Shown piece by piece: positions 8,270 through 18,194 of a stretch of 64,000 nucleotides of DNA (its first letter is position 1; each line of letters opens with the position of its first letter). Made by a program: the position numbers and the translations under genes. The notes under the pieces were generated by a model. The model was not told the origin of the DNA and did no database searches. It saw only the letters and a program-made list of their open reading frames with translations. Where the stretch lies: IMG/VR virus record IMGVR_UViG_3300007513_001104; one strand, 5' to 3'. The stretch comes from a virus.

Positions 8270-11200
8270 ATGGCAGACGAAAGAGTAGATAATCAAATGC
8301 TTTTGGATAAACTCGAAGGAGTAATGGATCGTCTTGAAAAGTCCGATCCCACTGATCCATCAGGCATGTTTGGCAAGTCTGTCAAAGAATTATCTACATC
8401 TAAAGATTTTAAAACCCTCCAAAAAATAGTTGATGAAAACCATGAGCGTTTAACTGAAGATACCGAAATTCTAAAAGGCGATGCCGCAACAAACAAACTA
8501 GCTAACAAAGTACAAATTGCTAAAGAAATTTATGATTCATTTAGAGAACATACAGCGAGCACATTTTATAAAGAACAAAGGAAACATAATCGAGGCGCTC
8601 GTAATTCTCGACAGAAAATGGAAAACCAGAATGATCTAATCATTCAAGACAACAAAAAAATTATTGAACTCTTAAAAGAACGTAAGAGTGGGCCTTTACT
8701 GGCAGTTGGAACCGGAGGCGGTGGCCAGCCAGATCCTTCAGCATCAGATCCTGATCAACAAAGAATTAATGAAACCGTAGACAGAATAGAGGCTAAACAG
8801 TTTAGGCTGAGCCCTAGCGAAATGCGGGATGCAGGTTATAGTAAGCGCGAGTCTGAAAGTGAAGAGTTTATTGACCTTGAAGCTCACAAAAGAAAGGATG
8901 CAGCAGAGAAAGAGAAGGCAGCTGAAGAAGTAAAGAAGAAAGAACTAAAATTCTACAAGCTCAAGGGAGATGGTGTTGATGACGCAATTAAAGACGAAAC
9001 AAATTTACAAAAAACTAGAAAAAAATTATATGATGAGAAAGTTAAAGAGGCAGGTACTAATCCTTTAACAGGCGCTCAACAATATCGAGACATAGAAACA
9101 GGACAATATACAACATCTGATGAGGCTAACTGGAAGACAGCTGAACTCGCAGATGCTATTAGAGGCGGATCAGGATATGCAGGCGGTACTACAGACCGAG
9201 GGGCATCCATGGCCTCTAAAGGCGCAGCAACGTTAAGTAAAAATATTGGTGACAATGCTCCAAACATACAAAGAGGTTTAGACGAGCTTGAAAAGATAAA
9301 TGCCAAAGAAGGTTTAGAGGCTAAACAGGCTTTAGAAAAACTTACTAAAATGATGGCGCAAGCGGCATCTGGTGAAAAAGATGCGAAAGGTAAAAGAGTA
9401 TCAGCAGATGATGTTAGACAACAAGCATGGGAAACCAAACTTTTAATGCGTCGGGACAGCTTTGGTGATACCGGAGAAAAACTTACTGAGGATTTAGGCC
9501 TTGATCAAGTATCAAAAGACCTTAGTAGTGAAAGAGGTTTTAGTGCTTTGAGGGGATTTATTCCACTTAATAAAACAGGATTAAAAGACTTTGCCGGCGT
9601 TGATTCAGATGCAGGCTTTGGCAAAGGATTAAAACAAGCATTTTCACCTGAAAGGTTGTTTGGTGTTGACAAAAAGACTGGACCAAGCTTTCTTGGTAAG
9701 GTAATGAATGCACCAGGACGTCTATTTGGGGCTCGTTCGATAGAAGATAGAGTTGCAGAAGAGAAAGCAACACAAACAGTAGCAGCTAGAGATCAGGCTA
9801 AAGGTCTAGGAACCTTAATAGGAGAAGAAGGTTTAGATATAGCCACAAAAGATAAGAAAGAAGAGAAAGCAGAAGACACAAAAGATGCGGTAGAAGCCAC
9901 AGCAGTAACAGTAGAAACAACAGCAGCAAAAACAGAAGGTATTGAAAAGGCAACAGAAAGAACTGCAGTAGCTACTGAAGAACTTAGAGACATGGCCAAA
10001 GATGAAGGATCATTAATGGTTCATGATGTCCATGTTGAAGCCAAACTAGACGAATTATTAAAAGAAAAAGAGAAAAAGGACGGAAGAACAGGACAAGACA
10101 CAGAGTCAATACCTGAAAGACAATTAGAAACTCTTATTGACATGAGAGATTTGTTAGAAGAAGCTACAGCCGGTGCAGCCCTAGGAATGGACAGGAACAG
10201 TAGTGGTCCAGGATTCTTTGGAAGGATGTTCGGCAGAGGCGGAACCCCTCGAGGCGCACCACCAGGTACTAGGGTCGCAAAACCTCCTGGAAGAATGTCC
10301 AGAATGTTTAGCAAAGCAGGCTCTGCTCTTAGAGGAGCAGGTCCAGCAGCCCAAGGATTTGCCCAAGGTAGTGGTGGTGGATTGTTGAAAGGTGCGGCAA
10401 GAGGATTAACAAGATTTGGTGGCGCCATTGCTGGTGTTGGCATGGGTGTTTATGAGGGTGTAACAGGATTTAGAGATGCTGAGGCAAGAGCAGATGCAGG
10501 CGAATTAACAGCAGAAGAAGAACAAATAGAAAAAGGTGAGGCTATTGGAGGAGGCGCCGGAGGAGCAGGCGGTGCCATAGCAGGTGCAGCAGCAGGTGCA
10601 GCAATAGGCTCAGTTGTTCCGGTTATAGGTACAGCAATTGGTGGACTTATAGGTGGAGCAGTAGGTTACTTTGCAGGTAGATGGGCAGGTAAAAAAGCAG
10701 GAGGCGCTATAGCAGATGCCATTCCAGTTAGTGCTAGTGAATTAGCAGAATCTAATGAACTAGCTGAAACCACATTAGAAAATGTTGGAGAAAAAGATCC
10801 TGAATTAGTTACAACAATACGACAAGAAGCAGATCAAATAGAAGCACAGATGTTAGAAGAGGCAGGTGATGAAGTCTCAGACAATGATAAAGCTGCTATT
10901 AAAAATGCTGCTCTTGTAAAAGCAATACAAAATCATACAGCAGAAATTGATGCCCTTCCTGTAACAGGTGGAGCTCAATTAACTAGTCAAATAGAAGATG
11001 AAGATTCAGGGACAATAACAACAAGAACGACTCAAAGTATAGGTGGAACCTTTAGTGAAAGAGACCTGATGGAAAATGATCCTGAAGCATACGCTGAATT
11101 TCAAGAAGTTAAAAAACAGTTTAGAGGACAGCAAGGGGCACATTCAAAAGCAATTATAGAATGGGGTCGTATGGGAAGGACTGAAGGATTTGAAGGAGGA

Positions 11201-11494
11201 ACACTAGAAAGAACACAAAACGGAGTAGCTGTACCTGAAGGTGAAGAGATGGAGGATTTACAAGGGTCTATTGAACGGGGAACATTACCCACAGGAGATG
11301 CCATTGATAATATGACTGACCGAGCAGGCGGAGGTCCAACTACAGAGCAAGGGCCTGTTATTGTAAATAACACAGTACCTGCACCGGCACCTACACCACC
11401 AAGTGATGAGCCTAATATAGCTATTATGCCTTCTAGAGTTAGAACTTCTGATAGCGTTATACAAAGATATCAAGACAAACGTTTTAGAGTCTAA
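8270..11494 (+). CDS. tape-measure-like / baseplate hub protein (gp29 position)
   Basis: 1074 aa charged helical protein with glycine-zipper segment, after the tail chaperones; PVIVNN C-terminal motif common in this gene class. Confidence 0.6.
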   Translation: MADERVDNQMLLDKLEGVMDRLEKSDPTDPSGMFGKSVKELSTSKDFKTLQKIVDENHERLTEDTEILKGDAATNKLANKVQIAKEIYDSFREHTASTFYKEQRKHNRGARNSRQKMENQNDLIIQDNKKIIELLKERKSGPLLAVGTGGGGQPDPSASDPDQQRINETVDRIEAKQFRLSPSEMRDAGYSKRESESEEFIDLEAHKRKDAAEKEKAAEEVKKKELKFYKLKGDGVDDAIKDETNLQKTRKKLYDEKVKEAGTNPLTGAQQYRDIETGQYTTSDEANWKTAELADAIRGGSGYAGGTTDRGASMASKGAATLSKNIGDNAPNIQRGLDELEKINAKEGLEAKQALEKLTKMMAQAASGEKDAKGKRVSADDVRQQAWETKLLMRRDSFGDTGEKLTEDLGLDQVSKDLSSERGFSALRGFIPLNKTGLKDFAGVDSDAGFGKGLKQAFSPERLFGVDKKTGPSFLGKVMNAPGRLFGARSIEDRVAEEKATQTVAARDQAKGLGTLIGEEGLDIATKDKKEEKAEDTKDAVEATAVTVETTAAKTEGIEKATERTAVATEELRDMAKDEGSLMVHDVHVEAKLDELLKEKEKKDGRTGQDTESIPERQLETLIDMRDLLEEATAGAALGMDRNSSGPGFFGRMFGRGGTPRGAPPGTRVAKPPGRMSRMFSKAGSALRGAGPAAQGFAQGSGGGLLKGAARGLTRFGGAIAGVGMGVYEGVTGFRDAEARADAGELTAEEEQIEKGEAIGGGAGGAGGAIAGAAAGAAIGSVVPVIGTAIGGLIGGAVGYFAGRWAGKKAGGAIADAIPVSASELAESNELAETTLENVGEKDPELVTTIRQEADQIEAQMLEEAGDEVSDNDKAAIKNAALVKAIQNHTAEIDALPVTGGAQLTSQIEDEDSGTITTRTTQSIGGTFSERDLMENDPEAYAEFQEVKKQFRGQQGAHSKAIIEWGRMGRTEGFEGGTLERTQNGVAVPEGEEMEDLQGSIERGTLPTGDAIDNMTDRAGGGPTTEQGPVIVNNTVPAPAPTPPSDEPNIAIMPSRVRTSDSVIQRYQDKRFRV

Positions 11495-11578
11495 TGAAAC
11501 ATCAAGACGAAGAGGTATGGGAATACACCCATCGATTAAGACGTCATATTAAAAAACCAATTGAATTAAACGCGTTTG

Positions 11579-12031
11579 CTATAGTTTTGACACTCTGTCT
11601 GACAGGCGTGTTGCTCTATTACCTACTTGCCTAGCCCACTTACTATCTAACATTTCCTCAGAAGCAAGTTTCCAATGATGGTTCTCTAAATGATTGATAA
11701 ACTTTTTAAATTTACTTAACCTAGGTCTTCCTAAGTTGAACATCATATTAACAAGAACTTCTTTTAATTCATCTGGAAAATTATTCCAACGAGCCTCAAA
11801 TAATACTTCACATTCCGCTATAGATGTATCTAAGTCTTGTTGAAAGACTTCATATATTCTATCTTCGGAAACATCATAGCCTTCCGGAAGACCGTCTTCT
11901 TCATCATCTTTTGTAATCAAGTGTCCTATTCCAAACGTTAAAAATCCTAAGTGATCTTTGTATATACCATATACAATACCCTCATCAATTTTTAATTGTT
12001 CATAGACATTGTCTCTATTTTCTTTTTTCAT
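11579..12031 (-). CDS. e: T4-type lysozyme (GH24 endolysin)
   Basis: LKIDEG..IYKDHLGFLTFGIGHL catalytic E/D/T motif, NMMFNLG, DSKWARQVGNRA. Confidence 0.9.
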   Translation of the reverse strand: MKKENRDNVYEQLKIDEGIVYGIYKDHLGFLTFGIGHLITKDDEEDGLPEGYDVSEDRIYEVFQQDLDTSIAECEVLFEARWNNFPDELKEVLVNMMFNLGRPRLSKFKKFINHLENHHWKLASEEMLDSKWARQVGNRATRLSDRVSKL

Positions 12032-12749
12032 TATTGTATCCTAACATTATGTCGGGTTTGAGAAAACATACTGTAATACTGATCCTTAGTTTCTCATATT
12101 TAATATTATCCGGATCGGGATAGCTTTTATTTAAACCTTGTGAGTCATCTTTCTTATATATGTAAGAGTCTGTCCCAGGTACTTCGTGTTCTAACCAGGC
12201 TGGCCACATTAATAAATCGCCTGTTTCTGGGTAGATTGTTTCTTCCAAATTAAGTTTAGATATTCCTGGTACTGAACTTGTTACCAGACTGTTTATAGGA
12301 GATCTAAAAGTTATTGGTGCATGCTCTTCTTCTTGTTGAACATAATAAGTTCCAACTAAACAATATTGTGAATGGTGGTGCCAAGGATAATCATCTGTTT
12401 CATCAAAGACGCTCCACCATGCTTGTACTGGCCAATATTCCTCTAACTGTTCAATCCACATATAATCAGACATTTCTTTAAAATATTTTAGTGCATGTTG
12501 ATGTATTATTGCTCTTAACGTTTTCCAACCATCTACACCTTCCATTGAATCTTTACCTTTATCATAAGCATGATTTCCTTCACTATCATATAGGCCTAAT
12601 TTTCTCCAATGTTTTCCTTTTAAAGGATTCTTTTCTAAGTAATATGCTCTTTCGTCATATAACTTTGTAATAGATGTGGCAAGTCTTTTATTAAGATCAG
12701 GATAATTTGACTTTTGTAGATACAGTTTTGTAGGAAATAAATCAATCAT
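12015..12749 (-). CDS. 2OG-Fe(II) oxygenase-like protein
   Basis: IDLFPT start, WHHH..GTYY, GDLLMWPAWLEHEV, RISI. Confidence 0.8.
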   Translation of the reverse strand: MIDLFPTKLYLQKSNYPDLNKRLATSITKLYDERAYYLEKNPLKGKHWRKLGLYDSEGNHAYDKGKDSMEGVDGWKTLRAIIHQHALKYFKEMSDYMWIEQLEEYWPVQAWWSVFDETDDYPWHHHSQYCLVGTYYVQQEEEHAPITFRSPINSLVTSSVPGISKLNLEETIYPETGDLLMWPAWLEHEVPGTDSYIYKKDDSQGLNKSYPDPDNIKYEKLRISITVCFLKPDIMLGYNNEKRK

Positions 12750-13248
12750 ATTTTGCCTTTATTATTTCTAAACATTCTTCATAAGTTTTATCAAATATTG
12801 ATACTTTAAAAAGGTGTCTTGTAGTTGTTGGTGGCATAACACCATGCCAATGTTGAGTGTTAATTAATGCAGTTTCATAATACTCATCAATGTCTGAATC
12901 TATTCCTTCCATATTATTATCGTGTGGTTCCATACGGAAAGTTATAGGGTCTGGATTTTCATCTAATAAAACATTAACAGCACATTCCGTTTTTCTATCT
13001 TGATGAAATGGAAAACGATACCCTGCTTGTTGTATATAAAATATTGGTCTCGCATCTAAATGGCCTAATCCTAAAACATTTCTAAAAAGGTCTGCTACTT
13101 GGTTTGCATATCTTTTCTTTGTAAATTGAATATTCAAAAAGTCTAATTGAATTTTTGTTTTAGGATCAACAAAAGGCATAAGAATTTCACTCTTTAATTC
13201 TTTTAAAAGACGTTCTTTATTTACTCCAAAGTCAAATCTATGTATCAT
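12742..13248 (-). CDS. AspH/cupin-like Fe(II) hydroxylase
   Basis: FPFHQD...AVN, INTQHWHGV, R..FK: HxD...H triad. Confidence 0.55.
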   Translation of the reverse strand: MIHRFDFGVNKERLLKELKSEILMPFVDPKTKIQLDFLNIQFTKKRYANQVADLFRNVLGLGHLDARPIFYIQQAGYRFPFHQDRKTECAVNVLLDENPDPITFRMEPHDNNMEGIDSDIDEYYETALINTQHWHGVMPPTTTRHLFKVSIFDKTYEECLEIIKAKYD

Positions 13249-13946
13249 TGTAATAATGGGATTATATATTTGCCTGATAAATCTTTTGGACCCATTATTA
13301 ATTTACTTGGGTTCTCATGATGATTCTTATGGTAATCCTCTCCTCCTAAAAATATGTTAGATATCCAACCTAAGTTTGTTGGTTTACCTCCTTTATGGCC
13401 ATTCCAATTTAAGTGCATTGTAAGAATCCAACTCCAACTGAACATGAATGCTAACCACACTACCAACCAAGGACTAATTATGCCTAACAATATTAAAAAT
13501 GTGATATATAACTTCCAATAATGTTTGGTTAACCAAACAGCATCTTTATTCTTAGCATAATTCCTCATAAAGATTGGTCTTGTATCAGCATACAAACCAA
13601 AGAAAAATCTTATAAGTCCTATTTCTTTTGGATTGTGAGGGTCTCCAGGTTCGTCACTATATTTGTGATGGTTTAAATGTGCATGTACATAATGTCCAGG
13701 CGGAGTTAATCCAGACAAGACCATACAAGAAAGCATTAACTTCCTTCCTAAGTATGAGGGTTTAAATTGATTATGCGTTAACCAACGATGATATCCTATG
13801 TTGCCTAATCTTGCCACCGAGACTGCCATTATAAAACCTAATATAATTTGCCATATAGGTAATGTTGTTATGGCCTGAGGAACACCTAGTATAGTTATTA
13901 AAAATAATAATGTAACCCGAATAACTGTCCAATCACTAAATTTCAT
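13245..13946 (-). CDS. membrane fatty acid desaturase
   Basis: His boxes HRWLTH, HLNHHKYSD..GDPH, GEDYHKNHH; TM segments; start placed at MKFSDW after the promoter. Confidence 0.85.
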   Translation of the reverse strand: MKFSDWTVIRVTLLFLITILGVPQAITTLPIWQIILGFIMAVSVARLGNIGYHRWLTHNQFKPSYLGRKLMLSCMVLSGLTPPGHYVHAHLNHHKYSDEPGDPHNPKEIGLIRFFFGLYADTRPIFMRNYAKNKDAVWLTKHYWKLYITFLILLGIISPWLVVWLAFMFSWSWILTMHLNWNGHKGGKPTNLGWISNIFLGGEDYHKNHHENPSKLIMGPKDLSGKYIIPLLQ

Positions 13947-13951
13947 ATCAC

Positions 13952-13959
13952 TATTTATG
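13952..13959 (-). promoter_or_regulatory. late promoter variant CATAAATA
   Basis: 7/8 match directly after the gp32 terminator, upstream of desaturase-oxygenase-lysozyme genes. Confidence 0.5.
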
Positions 13960-13961
13960 TA

Positions 13962-13987
13962 CAAAAAGAAGCCCTCCTAAGAGGGCT
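13962..13987 (-). terminator. intrinsic terminator after gp32
   Basis: AGCCCTC-ttag-GAGGGCT stem followed by TCTTTTT on minus strand. Confidence 0.8.
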
Positions 13988-14003
13988 CCAAAACTTTGAA
14001 AGT

Positions 14004-14912
14004 TTAGTCTTCAGCCAGGGATTTGAAATATGACAAAGTTTCATCTTCATCATCTGTGGTTGAAGGTTCTGGTGCTGCTTGGACGGACTTTACTTTTTCA
14101 ATAAAGTGATCGTCTGCTGCATCATTTGTAGTTTGAGAGATCTGCTCAGCCGTTGCGACTTTAGGACCACCTGAAAGAACTAAATCTAATTTAGCTTTAA
14201 GTTCTTCATAAGTTTTGAATTCACCGGGTCCAACCTTCTCTTGTAAAGAATGTTGTTTACCCCAAATTTCTTCAATTTTCTCATCACTACCATCAATAGG
14301 TGAAGAGTTATCAAATTCACTCTTATCATAATTACGATATCCTTCTACCTGTCGAATTTTTAATTTGAAGTTTGCTCCTTCCCAAAAGTCAAAAGGATTG
14401 ACTGGTTTCTCATCTTCAAACTGTGGTTGCATAACATCTTTAATTTTATCGAAGATCTTCTTACCAAATTTGTAGTAATATACATTACCTACTGTTTCTG
14501 GATTAGATGAGTCTTCAACGACTAAAATGTTTGCATAATAATTTAGGCGCCTCTTTTGCTTACGGGCAATATCCTTATTAGCTTCAACACCAGAGTTCCA
14601 AAGTTCGGAATTTAATTCTGAGACTGGATCTTGCTTGTTTAAAGTTGTAAGTGAATTTTCGATATACCATTTACCGGTTGGTCCTTGGAATCCGTGATTC
14701 CACATTCTAACCCACGGCATATCTTCGCCTTGAGGTGCAGGCAAGAACCTAATAACGGCGTAACCGTTACCTGCCTTGTCTACTGTTGGTTTCCATTCCC
14801 GCTCATCACCTTTTTTAAATGATTGGGGATTTGAGATTTTTTCGACTTCCTTCATTAAGTTGTCGAAGTTTCCGCGTTGTTTGCGGAGTTCTGAAAGTGT
14901 ATTAAACGACAT
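14004..14912 (-). CDS. gp32: single-stranded DNA-binding protein gp32
   Basis: DKAGNGYAVIRFLPAP, HGFQGPTGKWYIENSLTT, FGKKIFDKI, NYDKSEF, acidic tail. Confidence 0.97.
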   Translation of the reverse strand: MSFNTLSELRKQRGNFDNLMKEVEKISNPQSFKKGDEREWKPTVDKAGNGYAVIRFLPAPQGEDMPWVRMWNHGFQGPTGKWYIENSLTTLNKQDPVSELNSELWNSGVEANKDIARKQKRRLNYYANILVVEDSSNPETVGNVYYYKFGKKIFDKIKDVMQPQFEDEKPVNPFDFWEGANFKLKIRQVEGYRNYDKSEFDNSSPIDGSDEKIEEIWGKQHSLQEKVGPGEFKTYEELKAKLDLVLSGGPKVATAEQISQTTNDAADDHFIEKVKSVQAAPEPSTTDDEDETLSYFKSLAED

Positions 14913-14920
14913 ATTATTCT

Positions 14921-14959
14921 CCTGTATTGCGTTGTATTACGTTATATTTTCGTTGTATT
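14921..14959 (-). repeat. AATACAACG-type tandem repeats in gp32 leader
   Basis: Minus strand AATACAACG aa AATATAACG t AATACAACG c AATACAGG abutting the SD. Confidence 0.7.
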
Positions 14960-15577
14960 AGAACTATTTCTAGCTCTAGCAATGTTATTTATAAGAGTTT
15001 CATGTTTAACTGCTAGTGTTTTGGTATTACACATTACAAACGGTTCGTACCTTTTAACTAATAAACATGTATCTCCTATTAATAAATCACCTAAATAATC
15101 ATCTATAAAAGGCAGTATTTGGTTTAATATAACAACACTTTCTATTGATATATGTTTACCTAACAATAGCCTTATTTCTACTGGATGATCGTTATTAGTG
15201 CCCATTAGTTTTTCTTCAGAGTTTAGTATAACTTCTAAATCCTGTCCAAACGTGTAACTAATTCTATCTTTTCTAGCTTCCCAAGCTTTAAATATTTGGT
15301 GGCTTTCTATACCATAAGGCATACCACACTTCTTTTCTCCTGCTGCTGCATTAGCAACCGACAATGCTACAAACTCATCTTTTTTATATTTGTCGCATAC
15401 CATTTTAAACATTCCTGGCAAACCTATTTTAGCTTCAAACTTGTGTTGTGGCATAGCAATTGCTCTACCAAACTTGTATCTATCTTTAAACATATTAGGA
15501 TATTTCTTTTGGTCGTACTTGCCCCAAAAGTGGTTTTTAACAGCTACATGAATTTTATATGCTTCTAAAGGTTCCAT
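14942..15577 (-). CDS. gp59: helicase loader gp59
   Basis: AYKIHVAVKNHF..YD, HP...LLGKHISIES.VIL, KRYEPF; adjacent to gp32. Confidence 0.75.
   Translation of the reverse strand: MEPLEAYKIHVAVKNHFWGKYDQKKYPNMFKDRYKFGRAIAMPQHKFEAKIGLPGMFKMVCDKYKKDEFVALSVANAAAGEKKCGMPYGIESHQIFKAWEARKDRISYTFGQDLEVILNSEEKLMGTNNDHPVEIRLLLGKHISIESVVILNQILPFIDDYLGDLLIGDTCLLVKRYEPFVMCNTKTLAVKHETLINNIARARNSSNTTKI
14986..14993 (-). promoter_or_regulatory. late promoter TATAAATA upstream of gp32
   Basis: Exact octamer in the 3' end of gp59. Confidence 0.5.
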
Positions 15578-16182
15578 TTATACATCTGCCAATAATATAC
15601 ATTCTTAGGCCAAACTTCTTTTGTATCTAACTCTTTGACACATTTATAACCTGAACTTTCCATTATCTTTTTAACTGTTCCAGAAGATAGTTTGTGCCAA
15701 TAATTCAAAGGATTTTGTATAAACATACCATTTGATCTGCCTAAAGGATTGTGTTTATAATCATATTCATATGGTACTACACCATCTTCTTCAACATCTA
15801 TATTTGATATAATAATTTTATTGGGTGTAGAATGATTAACTATCTTTTCCAACAAATGCAAAGGAGCTAGCAAGTGATATAACAATCCACAACATACGAC
15901 CACATCAAAAGGCCTTCTTTGACTAAAAAACTCTTCGTAACCATTATGATATATGCTTGCATTTTGTATGCTCTTTTGTTTAATAGACTTCTTTAGCCCT
16001 TGAGCAGAAAATATTTCAGGCTCAACTAGCATTAAATAACTTGGATCTTGTTTTAGAATTAATTTTGAATGATGTCCTGGACCAGGACCTAACTCCAAAA
16101 CACTTTCATGGCTCTCTATAGAAGAAAAGAATTCTTCATATGACCATTCTAAATATTTGTTCCACTGCTCTTTTTCATTCAT
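15565..16182 (-). CDS. class I SAM-dependent methyltransferase
   Basis: VLELGPGPG motif I; FDVVVCCGLLYHL. Confidence 0.8.
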   Translation of the reverse strand: MNEKEQWNKYLEWSYEEFFSSIESHESVLELGPGPGHHSKLILKQDPSYLMLVEPEIFSAQGLKKSIKQKSIQNASIYHNGYEEFFSQRRPFDVVVCCGLLYHLLAPLHLLEKIVNHSTPNKIIISNIDVEEDGVVPYEYDYKHNPLGRSNGMFIQNPLNYWHKLSSGTVKKIMESSGYKCVKELDTKEVWPKNVYYWQMYKWNL

Positions 16183-16478
16183 AATAAAGTGTTTGTCTTT
16201 CTCTTTTCTTTAAGTAAATTAAGATCTAATGCTTCTTCTTTTATTTTTGCTTTGATAGAAGCTGTTAAGAACTTACTAATACTTTCAATTTCAATTGACT
16301 TCTTTTCACAGTAATCTACAACCATATCCATACATGGCGAGTTCGTATTGAATGCCATCTTTTCTATATATTGTGAAAACTCTGTTGAAGTATGAAACTC
16401 TTTTGTAACGAGAAAGACATCACTAACTTTTTCTTCAGTCATTTTTATCGTGTTGTCTACTACTACTCTTGCCGTCAT
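16179..16478 (-). CDS. gp33: late transcription coactivator gp33
   Basis: FSQYIE..., MDMVVDYCE..IEIE, KAKIKEEALDLNLL; synteny with gp59/gp32. Confidence 0.85.
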   Translation of the reverse strand: MTARVVVDNTIKMTEEKVSDVFLVTKEFHTSTEFSQYIEKMAFNTNSPCMDMVVDYCEKKSIEIESISKFLTASIKAKIKEEALDLNLLKEKRKTNTLL

Positions 16479-17334
16479 TACGTTTATTCTCCTTCACCCA
16501 TTGTTTAATATAATCGTGTACATCATTATGGCATTCTATATAAGGTTGAGTGCAACAGGTGCGCTTTGCCTCTCCCTTTCTATCAAATGTATGTACCACA
16601 GGATGATCAAAAGCTTTTGCTATTGATGAAATGCTTTTGGGTTCTCCTTTTCCAAAGTGTGCTACTGAAGGTACGTTAGGATCAGCCATAAGCTGTAACA
16701 TGCCTTGCACAACATCATGAACATGGGTAAAGTCTCTTTCCTTTTTCCCTGTTCCATAAATCGTTAATGGTTCGCCTTGTAAGTAGTCTTGTTTAAATTT
16801 CCTAACGACTGTGCTATATTCTCCATAGTCAGCCTCGCCAGGTCCATATACATTATAAAAGTACATTAAAACATAATCTAAAGAATATAATCTCCTATAC
16901 AAATATAATAACTGTTCACACATTATTTTGCTAAATGTATAAGGATTTTCTTGTGCTTCATTATATTGTGTACTAGATGAGGTTGCAAAAAATAATTTAC
17001 AATTAAATACTCTAGCCCAATCAGCTACCGTTGTTGTAGTAGCAATATTATTGGTTATTGTTTCAGATGGATATTCTAATGCTCTTCTAACTCTTGGACT
17101 GTTTGCTAAATGAAATATACAGGCGGGAGGTTCAATTGTTGCGTGATGAGGATTAAAGGTTGAGACTTCAGCCTTATGATACTCCACGTTTTCATGTCTA
17201 AAAAATACTTTACCGGTTCTATTGTCGTCAATTACTGTAACAAAAAATCCTTGCTCAAGTAAATTTGCAACGAAATGTGATCCAATAAAACCGCACCCGC
17301 CTGTTACTATTATGTTTGGCATATCCGTTAACAT
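16435..17334 (-). CDS. NAD-dependent nucleotide-sugar epimerase/dehydratase
   Basis: VTGGCGFIGSH, FHLA, YxxxK (YTFSK), FYNVYGP, RDFTHV. Confidence 0.9.
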   Translation of the reverse strand: MLTDMPNIIVTGGCGFIGSHFVANLLEQGFFVTVIDDNRTGKVFFRHENVEYHKAEVSTFNPHHATIEPPACIFHLANSPRVRRALEYPSETITNNIATTTTVADWARVFNCKLFFATSSSTQYNEAQENPYTFSKIMCEQLLYLYRRLYSLDYVLMYFYNVYGPGEADYGEYSTVVRKFKQDYLQGEPLTIYGTGKKERDFTHVHDVVQGMLQLMADPNVPSVAHFGKGEPKSISSIAKAFDHPVVHTFDRKGEAKRTCCTQPYIECHNDVHDYIKQWVKENKRNDGKSSSRQHDKND

Positions 17335-17340
17335 TCTACT

Positions 17341-17369
17341 ATTATAGATTCTTTAGAACTAATTATCAA
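17341..17369 (-). promoter_or_regulatory. sigma70-like promoter TTGATA-17-TATAAT
   Basis: 17 bp spacer; ATG of the epimerase is 6 nt after the -10. Confidence 0.7.
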
Positions 17370-17853
17370 GAGGTTTATAGAAGATATGGTTGTCTATACT
17401 AACCGTTTGAACATAATGGTTAGCCCAATCTGGATTAACCTTTTTACTGTGGTACCATAAAGCACCTTGTGTAAAGTCTGTTGCTTCCCAACCTAACATT
17501 ACAGATGCTAATAACAATATTTCGTCCCAACAAGATTCTGTAGGGGTATCTGATTTTCCATCACAATACCAACTGAACTGACACGAGTGAAGATCTATTC
17601 TACCGCTAGGATAGTATTTAGTCTGTTTAACAACACCACAAACCGTGTCAGGAAAGTTAGGGTGTTCTACTCTGTTGAGTGTTACTAGAGCAACTGCAAT
17701 TCTTCCAGCAGTTGATTCACTTCTAGCTTCAAAATATATATTCTCTGCCAAACATTGGACGTCTTCATGGTGTTCTGCCTTAACAGGACCTGTAAAAAAT
17801 CCTAGTAACATTCCAAGAAATAATATTGGTAACAATGGCCATTTACTACTCAT
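17359..17853 (-). CDS. cell wall hydrolase, SleB/Hydrolase_2 family
   Basis: CLAENIYFEARSE, AVALVTLNRV..FPDTVCGVV.Q, CQFSWYCDG, TQGALWYH, IDNHIFY; N-terminal signal/TM. Confidence 0.92.
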   Translation of the reverse strand: MSSKWPLLPILFLGMLLGFFTGPVKAEHHEDVQCLAENIYFEARSESTAGRIAVALVTLNRVEHPNFPDTVCGVVKQTKYYPSGRIDLHSCQFSWYCDGKSDTPTESCWDEILLLASVMLGWEATDFTQGALWYHSKKVNPDWANHYVQTVSIDNHIFYKPLDN

Positions 17854-17878
17854 AGTCTTTGCCTCCTTTATTAGAAGT

Positions 17879-17886
17879 TATTTATA
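17879..17886 (-). promoter_or_regulatory. late promoter TATAAATA (SleB hydrolase)
   Basis: Exact octamer upstream of AAGGAGG SD. Confidence 0.7.
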
Positions 17887-17948
17887 CCGTATATTATAGC
17901 GGAGTTTTAGCCTAGAATCAAGCCCCAAAGTACCAAAAGCGCTGTGTG

Positions 17949-17979
17949 TATAAATATAAGTTGGTGTTATATAACACCA
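17949..17979 (+). promoter_or_regulatory. late promoter plus perfect 18 bp palindrome
   Basis: TATAAATA 17949-17956; TGGTGTTATATAACACCA 17962-17979. Confidence 0.65.
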
Positions 17980-18004
17980 TAACGGAAAATTATAGGAGGT
18001 TTTT

Positions 18005-18193
18005 ATGACCACGGCAACATTGGGTACAGTTGCGAGGCGCATGAAAGCCAAAATTGACAGACTAAGTGAAGATCCTAGATACCCCGAAAGAGGTTATCGG
18101 AAAATCAACGACGCGGTTCAGCTAGTAACTTACATGATAGCTCCGATACTGTTACCATTTATATTAATGTACCTCCAGATGAAGGGAGGCTAA
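18005..18193 (+). CDS. small membrane protein
   Basis: AGGAGG SD; C-terminal hydrophobic helix. Confidence 0.7.
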   Translation: MTTATLGTVARRMKAKIDRLSEDPRYPERGYRKINDAVQLVTYMIAPILLPFILMYLQMKGG

Positions 18194-18194
18194 A

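Noticed and set aside
11494-11580. Short ORF starting at the stop of the tape-measure-like gene
   Set aside because: Runs antisense into the lysozyme gene; no supporting motif
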